A DNA stretch of 64,000 bases from Bugula neritina. Its lineage: Eukaryota; Animalia; Bryozoa. The position numbers were made by a program, and so were the translations under genes. A model generated the notes under the pieces. That model ran no database searches. It saw only the letters and a program-made list of their open reading frames with translations, and had not been told where the DNA came from. The first letter of the stretch is position 1. Each line of letters begins with the position of its first letter. Where the stretch lies: NCBI GenBank assembly GCA_964035545.1, contig OZ037766.1, positions 11,212,722-11,276,721 on the forward strand, in the 5' to 3' direction. This document shows positions 1 through 13,613 of the stretch, piece by piece.

Positions 1-1636
1 ATTTCTCTTATTTTTGTTCAGAAATTTGAGTCATTAGGCTATCTAAAATCATTCACTAATTGGAAAAAATTGTTTCCAAAGTGCTCAGGTTTTTAGGAAG
101 TAGTTTAGCAGAAGTTACAAACTTGCATTTTTCAATGTATCAGGCTTTTCAATAATTGAAGTGAGTTTTGCGATTGTGAATAATTCTTCTTTAAGTTGAA
201 CTATGTATATTATTGTTTATTAATCTAATAGCTTGTTTTATATATATAGAATTGTGCAGTTATGGATAAAATTCTGCAGTTAGCAGTTAGAGTGACTAAA
301 AAAGAACAAAAGGCAAGTTTTGTGATGATTTTATTAGCAATTTAGGCATAACTAGCACTCTAAATATTTCTTATTATAAGCTCTACAGGTTAGCATCCGT
401 TACTAAGTAATATTTAGGCAATGTATAGTAAGGTCAGCTTGATTGTGTGGAAATTGACTAATTGGCCTAAATGAAAAAAATACCTGTGGATGTTCTGCAT
501 ATATTCATTATGGAGGATAATTCAAAACAAATACTGTCTACATTTCAACACAAGTGGCTAAAGAAATAGTTAAAAGAAATCCCCCACGGCTCAACTCACA
601 GTAGGAATATTGTGTGTAGCTAGCTATACATTAGGTAGAGAAAGCTACTCTATACTTACTACTATAGGCTACATATATACCAAACGTAGTTGTACTCTTC
701 AATGCTGCTGCAGGTGCAGAAACTGAGCACTAAATAAAAAACTGATTGTTTCAATGTGCCATTTGGCTAAGCTCTGAACTTCTGCATTTAAAGTTGTAAT
801 ATACACAATAAAGGAGAGAAATGGCATTTGATTATTAAAGCTGCTACTTGATGGTATTTCATAGACCTATGAAAATGAATGCCCTCTACTCATACATTTT
901 TTCTCTTCATTTCAGAACTGACTTTTAAATTTAAACATTTAACCCTACGTCCGGGTAGATAGCTCAATAAAACAAATTTATTAGGAAAACACTAAAAATA
1001 AATGTTTAAATAAAGCCAAATGCTTAATGAACACTCTAGCCAATCTACAATAAATAACTTGGTCGGTAGGTACAAAATGTGCTAGAAACTTGAACAAATG
1101 AAATTGAGCTGATTGGTCAAATTCAACACCACTTTTGATCATGAAGATTACTTTTTCAAAAAGATAAGTTGGGAGAAAGTAGACATGAAAAGATGCATGT
1201 TATTATGATGTCATCTAGATTTCCTAATCAATGAATGCATGTCAAAATCTCTCCAATTAAATGGGAATAAAAATTTATCGTATTTTGTTGCTAATTCTTT
1301 AGAAAGAAAAACTAGTTGACATGTGTGTTAGAACAATAACTCCACAATCAGCTGTTAGCATAGAGGCAAATACAATCTCAGAGATTTTGGTAATTGGTTT
1401 CATTGATTGTTTTCTCATGTAATACCTCACTTTTTAGTAATCCAGTAACTAAGATGTCTTGCTGCACCTTTTGTGTGACACTTACAATATTCCAATAGTT
1501 ACCGAATAGGTGTAAGTAATGGTCATTATAAACTTTAGATGTAAATTATATTTGCTTTTAGCACAATTTCAAAGAGTCATTGTAAGAGTTTTCATTGTAC
1601 AAGTTACCAACTTTGACAGCTGCCAATTTATCCTAC

Positions 1637-4600
1637 CTCTTTATGTACAAATGTAACAAATCCATATCCTTTGCTTTTGCCTGTTTGTGTGTCTTTAATG
1701 ATCTTAACATCTCTATAAAAGATAACATGAATAATAAATGAGCTGTCTCTTGTTTATGTTGTAACACTTGATAGTGTGTGAGAGAAGCTGCTCTGAGCAT
1801 CTCCCTCCTATCAAAAAGTCAATATACAAATTCTATTTTGCAAAACTACTTGCATTATTGATTTCACGTACAAAAAAGATCATATTTTATCCTATGATAT
1901 CTGATCAATGCAAGTAGATGGCTACTTGGGATAATACTGTAATGAAAATTTGTCACATTAGACTGCAATCAATTCCATACATTTTGCACACATCTGAGTG
2001 ACACTGTGTTGTGTAAAAGTTGTTGAAAAGTATTATTGCTGTTTGCTAGAAATACTGATCATATCCTCTTTTTCACCCTCTTTTCCTGTACAGATTATGT
2101 TCTAGTTATTCGTTGGTATAATTTTCTCATGTAAATAATAACTATCATACCGCTAGATCTACTGCTATACATGTAAGTACGTAATGTGAGCAGTACATAG
2201 AGTTGAAAAGATACTACATATATTACATATCAGCAGCTTACATTTCACAATTAGTATTTTAGTTGTACTTACGATATTTCTCCAAAAGGTACGAAGGCAT
2301 CCCTGATCTGGCGAACTTCCAATTCAGAGCTGATATCCCCAACAAATATATGGTGATGGTCTGAATAAATATTATAAGTATCACTACATACCTAAATCAA
2401 CAAACTATGCAAAAAAGCTATAATACCAGTAGCTATGTACGTAACTTGTATTGTATGATAAAATATTCAACATGTTCATTTTAATTGTAATAGTTACAAT
2501 GTAACACACAGGAATACAAAATATTGCAACAGATGACATACCAACAATGCATACATGTATATTAGAATTGAGAGCATATATTAGAATTGAGATATACAGT
2601 TTGAAGGAGAAAAGAAATTATCTTATGTACCTGTAGTATCCACTTTCTTCAACTCTTTACCAGCACCAGACCAATTCATCCTCAGTGGCTGCTAGAAAAA
2701 TATAAATTCAATTCCACAATAAAAGGAAGTACTTCAACTCTGCAGTAAGCACTCTGCGCGGTAGATTAACACTGCCATTATTTTGAGGTGATTGCATCGC
2801 ATTAGGTGGGCCAGGTTTATGAGCACAACTATATTTGCTACACAGAGTATATTCTTATAGGAACATTTTTCAATGTTTGTGAACATCCCCAAGCCTGCAA
2901 TCTGGTACAGTTGACTCATTACTTATTCAATATTTACTACTTTTTAAAATGTATTGCTTGTGCATATGTATTATATATCAAACAGCTGTAGCAAATTTAT
3001 ATTTGCCATTCAGATTATTTAATATATACTTGTTTGAAACTGCACATCAAAGTAGAGCATTTCCTCATGAACAACTACTAGCACTGAGATTTCAACAGTC
3101 AGAGTTAAAACAAAGTAGGAATTGTTTCACAGCACAGGATTTAATAAAGAATCTTTATAATCTATTAATTGTTTGCAGATGTGCAGAGCTACCCACACAT
3201 TCTCTTACACACTAGAGGGGGGCTGTAACCCAACCCCACCATTTTCTTCTAGTGAATGGATAGATTTGTGGTTCAGTTGAATGGCTATAATCAAAGAACT
3301 GTGAGCAAGCAGAACTCCAGTGAAAAGTAAAACAGTACATGCAAGTTCAATCTACCAAAAGGATGCAGTAGTAGCAGTGAAGTTCAGATCGGTAGTAGAA
3401 TGGAACAGCAGCTATAGTAAGGAAAGGAGCGGTAGATGTAAAAGTAAACTTACAAAACAGATAAAATGTAAAAGAAAATTGTTTTGTGAAAGATAATAAA
3501 ATTATTAGACAGTAAACAAAGTACAAAAAATATGCTCAGTTGCCATTCAATTGTAGAGAGGTTGCATTGGTTATAGATGAAAATTCAAGAGACTTGGGCT
3601 GTAGCTACTTGAATAAACTGTTAGAATGAACATAAAAAACAAATAATCTAATTGTATACATCAACAGCAGTTGGATCTTTAAGTTACTTTGAATTTAGAA
3701 TTATAACAATCAACTGCCAATTCTGTTACAATTAAAGTATTTGCAGGTAAGCAAGGATCTTCATACAAAATTTACAGTCAGATAAAACTTGTAATATTGA
3801 AAAATAAAAAGAGCAAATAAAAAGTCACCTTTATACATGTTTTACGTGTGGAAAGTCAACTAAATTTTTTGACCAGACCTGTGTCACCTAAACAGTATGA
3901 AATATTCCAATTAGGTTTTGGTATGATGAGGAAGTGATTTTATTAAAAAGGTTAAACTTCATACCCATTCAGTTCAATATCTGTGTAGTGTGACTATAAT
4001 ATTATACTAACTACTGAACATAATAATAAGAAACCAGTTATTGAAAGAATACTTTGGCCTTTTCCCAACTTTGATTGAAATACAAAAACTGAAAATATTT
4101 ATTGTTAACAAAATTTTGTTCTATTTTTGAATCCATTTGTTAGGTTGTTTTGTAGGTTCAATTTTAGTATTAAAAACAGCTTTAAAAATTGGTTCAGGGA
4201 TTATAAACCTGGACAGTTGCTTTTATTTGATTTAGTATATCTTGTATCTTGATCACTAATTTTTATAATTAATGAAATATAATTTGCAAGTAATAGTTTA
4301 TAAACAAAAGAAATACAATTTTGGCTAAATGTTAGATTTAAATAATCTTTACTAAAATATAATAATAATCAAATGAAAATTTTTAAAACACAATAGTTTT
4401 GTGGCTTTGCCAAGTGTAAGAAGTACTCTAAAACATTAAACATTGCTGTAACCTGTAAAGTTGCAAAACAAAGTTCCTATTATGCAGAGTAGTGTTTTAG
4501 ACAATAATTATGTGATTATTATTGCTTAACACAGCGGTTTTCTGTCGAAAAAATATACGAGAAAAATGCTTTTACATTGTATATCTCCAAGTAGCTTCAC

Positions 4601-4969
4601 ATAGTTGCTAGTGTCACCAGTTTTCTATCCTCTTACCGCTAAAGCATTATGGCAAAGCTGGCAGTTCATTTTCTCTTTAGAGAAGAGATTTGTACTTTCA
4701 AATCACAAAAATGGATTAAAATTATTTTCACTTACCATGAGTAGACTGTTGATGTTAGTGAGATTCTGCAAGCTGCCCATGCTGCTTAGATTGGTTAGAT
4801 TGTGGTCCAACAAACTTGGAGTAGAAACTTGGGGAGTGTGAGTCAATGTCCCAGCTGTGTTGATGTTTGGCATTATAGACGCAAGACTGTTTGGTGCCTG
4901 TGCTGAAGGGTTGGTAGGCATGGTGTACAGATATGGGTACATTAGTGAGGTGGTGGTTGGTGACATCAT
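1637..4969 (-). CDS. TIA1/TIAR (nucleolysin)-like RRM RNA-binding protein, 5' part. Exons 4736-4969, 2631-2691, 2273-2360, 1637-1712; continues left of the window
   Basis: Spliced translation ...QPLRMNWSGAGKELKKVDTTDHHHIFVGDISSELEVRQIRDAFVPFGEISDVKIIKDTQTGKSKGYGFVTFVHKE matches TIA1/TIAL1 RRM2 (RNP2 IFVGDI, RNP1 KGYGFVTF). GT-AG sites have consistent phases. The first exon (4736-4969) is inferred from an open frame plus an ATG|GTAAGT donor and is less certain. Confidence 0.85.
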
Positions 4970-6379
4970 CGTGAATAGCAAGGTAATGTCACTTTACTGC
5001 AACTATCACTGGTATAACTATATTATGCAAATGGAGATTAGAGTATTTTCATCACACGTGCTACTGAGCAGTTCAACAGATGGAGAGCAATGAAAAAGAT
5101 GAAACAGGTGAATTGTCTTAAAAGCCAATAACTGACCAATGAGCAGCCAGCATTCTAGTTTCATTGTTTGCATGCGTAAAGCCAACTCCGTGGCTTACAT
5201 AGCTGGTTAAACACAGGGCAGAAAAAACAACAAAATCAATGGAAATTTGTAGTAATGGTAATTCCACGAGAAAAGATTTGTTTTCATCAAATCCAAACAC
5301 TTTTCACCGTCAACTCATAATTTGTTTTTATAGCTAACAAAACTTGCATCCAGTTGTAGAATATACAAAGTAAAGTCTAATGCAAGCCGGCAAGGATAAT
5401 GGAAGCGCTAATGGATTAACATTTCAGGAGAGCATTATTTTTCATTTTTTTAAATGTTGAATAAAATGAAAGAATTTCTACAGTTTTTTATATTTACTTA
5501 AGACATTATTTTCCCAACAAAAGATAATAGCAGTCATGGCTACTAATTGTGTTTATCTTTGCATAAATAAGCATTTTTGCATTCAATTCCATTTCGATTA
5601 TAAACTGAATGGGTAGAGTGCCAGTACACCTAAATAACCCATCTCAGTACCGTTATATAAACACACAAACCAACAACCTATGCATTGATTTTAATAATAA
5701 CCAGCTAGAGTTTTACACAACGTTGTTATGACTCCCATTTTCCAGCTTTCTTTACTGTGTACTAAAATTAGCAAGGATTTTTGACAAACATTGTTGAACC
5801 TTCCTTTTCCATTCTTAATCATTTGATTTTATGTGAATACTGCACACTCACACTAACTAGTTAGGAGCACTAACACAGGCTTCAAAGGGTTCTTGGTAAA
5901 GGTTCAATTTCATAAGGCCTAAAAATAATTGGGTCATACAGAATAAAGCTTTTATCGATGCAACGCAGAACGGGAAACATAAAAAATTCCTGCACTTTAA
6001 CCAAAGGTGCAACAAAGGAAACTAGGCACTTACTAGATCTCCAACCTTTACATGAAACAACAATTCAAAATGGTTTTTAAATTTTGAAATTTTTGGATAA
6101 CAACTGTTGACAGTTTTTAGAGCAGGATTATTTGTAAAAAGTGTGTTATGCGCATTTCATTACATTGAATAATTTCTTACTTTAAATAAATAAAAAATAC
6201 CTCCAACAATTCCCTTTTATAATGTTTTATTAATTGAAGTACAAGATCAATCATAATTCCTGTCAATTACTATCACTGACTAAGCTCAAACTTACAGTGA
6301 TGCAAAAGCACTAATTTGCAAGCTTAAAAAATTGTAGAAAAATAAAAATATGACTACACAAGAAAATAGCTAGATATTT

Positions 6380-9300
6380 TCATTTTGGCAGCCTGGATTT
6401 ACGACATTCTTCCAGAACTTTAGCTTTAGCCCAAGCGTCTGCAGACAGATTTGAGAGTCCGCAGGAGAGAGAAAGCAGTCTAGAGATGACGAGCAGACTC
6501 TGGAAATCCTCAGGAGTCATGGCATCCTTGTTAGCTTGTCTTGTTTTAACAAAATCCTCTTGTGCCATCTACAATTTCACACACAGCTACATACAATTTA
6601 CTGAAATGAGACAAATGAGGAAACTTTTGTGAAAAAACTTGTGTGGTTTTATGATAAATGAGCTATTGAAAACACCAACCAATTTATGCTTAATTTACAA
6701 CGGAGTTATTGTTGAATAATGTACAGGGGCAGATGATTCTTTAAAGCTATGATGAAAACCACCATTTATATATTATGTAGATACTAATATTATTGTCGCT
6801 AATATAAATATAATATGTATGGACACTACAAACTATATAAATATAAATGCAACAAATAAATTTAAGAATTAAGTAGACATTTACTTTAGTCATTTCTTCA
6901 CTTATTTCATAGTTCAGTCTAGGAATAAGGGTAAGATAAATCCGAATTTTATCTAATAAAGCTGGTGAAAGGTAGGTTTTGATGGCCTCAAGTCGAGATT
7001 TCAAGTTTAGGCTGTTTTCTATTTGCAATGGAACTGTAGAATCAAACTGCAAAAGAACAAACACTAATTTTAGGTTATCCCAGCAGCAAGCTACAATCAT
7101 AGCTATAATGCCTAATAATATGATACATTATTGCTAAGATAAGACAAAAAACTTGAACGAGACTAGAAAGTCAAAACATTGTTAAAGTTGATAGATTGCT
7201 CTATTAATGTTACATCATAATAGCTGCAATAAATTTGAAAATTTCAATGTAACTAAAGTGGAGTTGTATTCCCTCTCTGTTCACGCTACTAAGAAATAAG
7301 TAAGCAATAGTATAGCAAATTTAATTAATTGTAACGATACATAGTAAAAAATATTATATAACCTATATATATCATAAATTTTTCTACTTGAAAACATCTT
7401 AACTCAGTGTGAAGTTATGATTTGATGAGAAAATACTGACCAAGTGAAAAGAGCTTCACCCTGTAACGCAGGAGTCTACAATAACTACATATAAATACTG
7501 TTGATCATTACTTACATTTAACAGTGATTTCCCTTCCGACAGACAAATAACCGGGACATCAGTTTCAAACTCGGGATTGGAGTACTTGAAGTCATATTTA
7601 ACCTTTTGCCATCTTACCAAGTTGCCCAATGCTTCTAGATTCTTCACACCTAACCACAAATGCCAGACGATGATTGTTAAAATGTTGACTACGAGATTGG
7701 TAAAATGGTTAAAATATGGTTAAATGAAGCAAAACCAAGCATTATAATATAGACCATAACTATATTCAGCGTTAGATAACTATGAGTGCAATCAGCTGAT
7801 CTTCATACCGACACAACACCTTCACAAAAGGCAGATTGGTGCAACAGACATTAACTAATAGGTTAATATTAAATGTTTTCTTCTAAACACACATATTTTG
7901 ACTTTGAGAATCAGAGAAGGGCAAGTGACCTCAAATTTGTTCAATCTTGGGTTTTGGTTCATACCAAATGTAGAGAATGACAACTTCAGAAGCTAGCTGT
8001 ATTAATAAATTTGATCAATCTGCTTAGCCTATTGACATTCTAAATGAAGCGGAAAGAGTGAATGAACTAAGTGCTTCATAGCATTTTCTTTGCTGTATGT
8101 TGGAAGTGCCAATCAGAAATATTGAGTGAAAATTGGTGCAGAATTTATGAGAAAGGATAGTGAAAACAGCACTTATTACTAAAATGATGCTTATTTTTAT
8201 AGCTGATAAACAAGGCGGGTGAATACAGGGTAGAATAAAAGGAAGTGTTGACGTAGTAGTATCCTACCAGAGAACTGAAGAAGGCAATAAACAAACCTAT
8301 GACATCGAGCTGGCCGGGCTGCATCACAGTTTCATCAAGTATCAAGTGACAGCGATTAGGTAGTTGTAGAACACCAGATACAAGTCTGTCGCTGTCATAG
8401 TCTTTGACTGGAGTGAACTTGAGTTTGTTTAGATTGTCTAGTGACATGGGGAGATAATAGGACTGAAAACAGAGAACACATCAGGTTATTTTATTTATTC
8501 AAAATCAAAAGCAGTTCTTATTTCAACTTAACATCAATGCTTATAGACTGTAACTACTGGAGGTGAGGAAACTTACACTTACATTAGATATGAGTGCATT
8601 TACACTAGATATGAGTACATTTACACTAGATATGAGTACATTTACATTAGATATGAGTACACTTACACTAGATATGAGTACATTTACATTAGATATGAGT
8701 ACATTTACACTAGATATGAGTACACTTACACTGGATATGAGTACATTTACACTAGATATGAGCACACTTACACTGGATATGAGTACACTTACACTAGATA
8801 TGAGTACACTTACACTGGATATGAGTACACTTACACTGGATATGAGTACATTTACACTAGATATGAGTACACTTACACTCGTTACAAATTGTTGAATCAG
8901 CTCCACCAAAGAATTCACCAACAGCTGTTCATTTGCATTTACACCAGTAATATTGAGAGAGAATTTACCAACAGCTACTGTATCCCTTCGCATGTAACTG
9001 CAAACAGATGATGGTACATTAAACGGTGGATTAGAACTGCCAGTAAATTTAAATAGAAAACATTATACAAACAGCCAGCGAAGTATAACTATGTGTTGAC
9101 TTTATCTCCAATAGAATTTCCTATAGTACTGTAGTGTATTTGCTACACCCACCATTGGCCACAACAGAACAGTAGGTTGACTTACACAGAAGAGAATAAA
9201 TGCAATAGTAAGTTACTTACACAGAAGAGAATAGATGTAATAGTAAGTTACCTGAGAGTAGATGAAGTTACTTACACAGAAGAGAGTAGATGTAATATTA

Positions 9301-12300
9301 GGATAACTTACACAGAGGATAGTAGATGTAATAGCATGTACTCCGCACACAACTTATCACCATGAAGAGCGTGCTCCAACAAGCCCAGTAGATTTTCTCT
9401 TATTTCACACGCTTCTGTTTTGATGGCGGCCAGCTCTAGCAACAGACAAGTCATTAGTGTACAAACAAGGGATATCTGCAGCTACATGACTAGCTGATGT
9501 TGCTAATATATCTACCTTGAGAACTGTTATCTGTAGAAGCTGGGACTAGAGGATTTGATGTCTGTATTTTATTGACATAGATGGCGTGTATTCTAGGTAC
9601 AAGGGAGGGTGGAGGATTGTGTGCACTATGCTCTTCTGCACTCAACATCTCTGAGCTAACAACAGAGAAGTAAACCGAGGAAGGTGATTAGAATGGTCTC
9701 CTGATGACATATTGAGTGAAAATTTAACTAACTTCAAAGCATTCAGGGGAGTCTACACCCTAACCCAAGCCGACTCAAGATAAATACTAAACTACTAACC
9801 GTGATGACCACACATTACTTATTAAGCTAACAATATTTATATACATTTCCATCACCAAAATTTTCTTGTGCAAAATTTTTTAATACTATCAACAGCAACT
9901 TTCTCATTTACTTTAGCTAAGTAACTCTCATCATTACTTTATTATCAAGCCACAGCCATTGAGTTTACCTATCATTACCAAAACTTTAGCTATCCTACAT
10001 TGTAACTGTATTAATATTGTTTCCACTATAATATTAGACAGATGCCTAGCTATTGCTTTGGTGCTGCATGAAGCAGAAATTGTAGCAATACACAAAGAAA
10101 GGAACAAAACTCCAATATATTTTTAGTGCTAATGATGCTGACATTCTTATAAGCATTCAAGGTTATTTCATCTTGGTCCAATAAACTATATGATAAACAT
10201 ATTACAGAAATGGCTTTATTTCAAGACCTTTAAACACAAGAGGGTAGGTCAAAACTGAATAAACAAAGAACTATTAGCCAAGACTCACTCTTCAGTGTGA
10301 ACTGGTACCAATGAGGGATCAAGAGAGATAACTCCGTACACTTCTATGACATCATTCATCTTCATCTTGTCCCCTACGTCATCGTACATCTTAACCAGAG
10401 CTGCTGGCCCTGTTTCTCCGGGGAGAGGAAAGTTCATCTGCACTTGGGAAGTGACTACACTGCTACCCTCTACACCAATATAACAACAGCAGACATTATA
10501 ATATTCATCCTACAACTTTCGTTAACAAACAGTGTAACACTGGAAATTTGTGTAAAAATACTAGCTAAATTTTTATTTGTGAACAAAATTTTCAAGTTTG
10601 AAAATGATAGCAGAAAAACAAATAAGATATGGTACAATTATTAACAAGCAGTCAATAATAAACACATAAAGTAAAATCAATTCTGCAAGAAATTATAATT
10701 GTACAATATTTTAGGGAGGTACTCAAAGTGAACTGAAACTTTAAGCAAGGACAGTCTAGCTGCATCCAAGAGTTACAATTTGAGAATTGTAAAAGCCAAG
10801 TAGCACTTGCCAGTTGCAGGCGTTGATCTAGAACGTTTGCTGTTGTCATCTGTAGCCTGTAATTCCATCTCCTCACCAACATCGTCTTCAAGAGAACGCT
10901 TAAAGCCTTGGCTAGGAGCAGAACTGCAGGATACAGGGGACGCCATGCACATGGCCTGGTGACCCTACACAGTACATAATGGTGTGAGTGTGCTCATGCA
11001 ACAGCCACCAAGTTTACTGCAATATATAAGTTCAAAAACATGTAACATTTTTTGTGATATGTACACAAGACAAGTACCTGTTTGACCCACTCCGTTTCTC
11101 CTGGGATGGGCACACAATAAAACACGTGTCTTTCTGACATCTTAGTGACAGGTGAGTTGTGTAGGATATTGAGATTTTCCTGCGTAATAACATGACACAT
11201 AATATATATGGTGAAATAGTTACAATTTTAAAGTAGACAGAACGTGGTTCAAACATTATTGAAAACATATTTTGTTTAATTTAGCACTGAAATATTGCTT
11301 AAAACATTCCTAAAATAAGTTTGATTGATCAGTTTTCAAATCTAGCCTATGTGGATGGTGACCTATTAATTTACCCACTTTTTTGTGAGCGGTGCCTGCC
11401 AACCCTTTAACTTTTTTAAACCTGTTTTGATTTGATTTACAACCTGAAAACTTTAGTAGAATGAATCACACCAATATATGATGAGATGTCGCAATAAATA
11501 TTGATTACAAGTCAAGGTCGAACAAAGAACACAGGGTATCTTGTACAACATACAGATTCAGATGTTACGTCTTGGTATCGCCCAGTAAGTAGCTTCCTTT
11601 CTCCAGTAGCCGTGTTCTCAGTGTCGAACACATCATAGTACAGCTCTGGACCGAACATATCTTGTACCATACATCTAAATCTGACTAAACTGTTGCATTT
11701 CATATTATCCAGAGGTGTCGAGTTGAAACTAGGAATCTGCAAAACATTTCAGTTTCAAATAATAATTTCAAACCTTTATTTTGTATTACTTGTAAAAGTA
11801 AAACAAAAATCAATTTATTCTTTGTTAGCAGTATATGAAATTTATGAGCAGTAGAGTAGTAGAACTTTTCTTGAAGATTGCTATAGCAACTGCAATTGAA
11901 AAACCTTACCCATTGTTTAGATTCCTCTGAAGAAGTTATATTCTTTGTGAAAAAATTCAAAGTTTTCTCCCTGTACTGGTCAGCTGAGAATTGATCTAAA
12001 AGTGAAAACAAGTGTGTAATTATTATTCTAACCAGAGCATCACATTTTAATTTATCAATTTTATTTTAAATTTTGAGATCAATTTAATTGAATATCTACA
12101 ATCACAGGTTTATTGAGTTTTATTTATAATCGATATATTTATATTACAAATTTTTTCGATGTACCTTGGCTGTTACAGCAAATACAAAAGTATTTTTTAT
12201 GATTTTTATTGAAAACTGCTGCATTTTGTTAGTTTACAATCAAGCCATTAAATCGTAGGTATTGAAATTTACATCCAACATATTTGTTTAAACTTGGCTC

Positions 12301-12518
12301 TATAACATAAACATAGGTGGAATTAATTACCATTAAAAATTGGTATTACATATGCTAATAAACATAGTAGGCTACATAATTGTCACACTACACTATTTAT
12401 GTAAACAGTTATAATACAAATATGCAGTTAGAGTTATTGCAACTAAATAATTCAACTTACCCAGATAACTAGAAACAAAATAGAGAGGTTCCCCTATCCA
12501 ATCTCTGATACCAGGCAT
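6380..12518 (-). CDS. MCMBP: Mini-chromosome maintenance complex-binding protein, 13 exons: 12461-12518, 11910-11995, 11554-11736, 11078-11179, 10811-10964, 10289-10469, 9516-9655, 9312-9435, 8877-8997, 8297-8462, 7516-7649, 6885-7046, 6380-6568
   Basis: Motifs SLVRFRCMVQDMF, FYCVPIPGETEWVK, NFPLPGETGPAALVK, HNPPPSLVPRIH, AEYMLLHLLSSVYMRRD, KDYDSDRLVSGVLQL, LSEGKSLL and EDFVKTR. All intron phases are consistent; one donor is GC. Confidence 0.95.
8571..8879. repeat. 21-bp minisatellite (~14.5 units, acttacactagatatgagtac) containing the MCMBP exon 9 donor site
   Basis: Tandem array visible directly; the minus-strand unit contains AGT|GTAAGT or AGT|GTAAAT. Confidence 0.97.
9180..9335. repeat. 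Degenerate ~35-bp tandem repeat (4 copies) of the MCMBP exon 8 3' end plus donor
   Basis: cttacacaga(a/g)gag..tagatgtaatag recurs at ~9181, 9216, 9271 and 9307. Confidence 0.9.
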
Positions 12519-12839
12519 CTTGATCTCTAGACTTGTACTAAAATAACCATAGATATTTCAAGTATTAATAAAATATAACCGATAGAGTGGGAATAGGCTT
12601 TAGGACAATACGCATAGCAACAGAGGCCAAAATTTCCACTTTGACTTACTAGTAAGTAGTAACACTAAGTAAGTCTAATGCAACACTTATTAGTAAATGT
12701 TCTTACCAACAGCTAAGATTTACATTTACTGTGAGTGCAGGTAAAACTAGAGAGTCTAGCCTTTTCATGCTGTAAATAAGTTTTAGTTTAGCAGTAGACT
12801 GTAGAGTCTTAGTCACAATGAAAGCATGAAAAGGAGTGA

Positions 12840-13480
12840 GTCAATAGAAACGATTAACACTAACAATAAGTGAGTAACACAACAAACACTAAAACACAAC
12901 CAGCAACACTCTTACTGATAAACATAGCCTCACACTTAATCTTATACTTACTCTTAGAGTTACAGCAAATGACCATAACAGTGATAACTTTAAGTATCAG
13001 TATGACTATGAGTATTACTATTAGTATTACTATGAGTACGAGTATGAGTCCAATGTTTAAATCCAACAATCAGTTTGACTTTGAGTTTTAGTTTAAATTT
13101 AATCACTAATTTACTCTAAATATAATAACTAATAAGTAATCATAATGATAATCACTTCACGATAATGATTATCATTATTAATAATATTATGATCATGATA
13201 ATATTAATCATAACATCATTATTTTAATAAATATAATTATAATAACTAAGCTCTAAGTCTAACACTAGCATTAATAATAACTGTAAGACTAACTCTAACT
13301 CTAAGACTAAAAGTAAGAGTAAGTCAAAGTGACTAAGTCTAACAGTAATACTATCACTTAGTCACTATGACTATGAGTATGACTAACACTAACAGTAACA
13401 CCTGTAATAGTAACTTATGGCTTAAAACACTAGTTAAAGCTTTACCGTAAGTTGACACTAGACAGACTATAGTCACTGTA
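12840..13480. repeat. Degenerate hexamer-periodic low-complexity tract between the MCMBP and BTBD16 5' ends
   Basis: Runs such as agtatg actatg agtatt actatt agtatt actatg agtacg, and actaac tctaac tctaag actaaa agtaag. Confidence 0.75.
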
Positions 13481-13602
13481 ACATCTATTTAAAACAACCC
13501 TAAGTTTTAGTTTTTAGCAGCTTTGATTTCAACTTTAGTAAATATCAGATGAAGTGAAATGAAAATTAATATCGTAAAGAAAGCATTAGGAAGTCACCAG
13601 CG

Positions 13603-13613
13603 TGGCGGGAAAA
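13603..13613 (-). promoter_or_regulatory. Candidate E2F site (TTTTCCCGCCA) in the MCMBP/BTBD16 divergent promoter region
   Basis: Exact match to the TTTSSCGC consensus in a locally CpG-rich patch; MCM-pathway genes are classical E2F targets. Confidence 0.5.

Noticed and set aside
2558-2595. Short intronic direct repeats not at junctions (also 17642-17671)
   Set aside because: Two-copy 14-20-bp slippage products; recorded only as background for the junction-enrichment test.
8563-8895. Plus-strand TLDMSTL repeat ORF, and the similar repeat ORFs at 32184-32523
   Set aside because: By-products of the 21-bp and 42-bp minisatellites.
12860-13091. Hydrophobic ILIV-rich ORFs (also 37191-37481 and 48885-49076)
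   Set aside because: Translations of hexamer-periodic low-complexity DNA, not membrane proteins.
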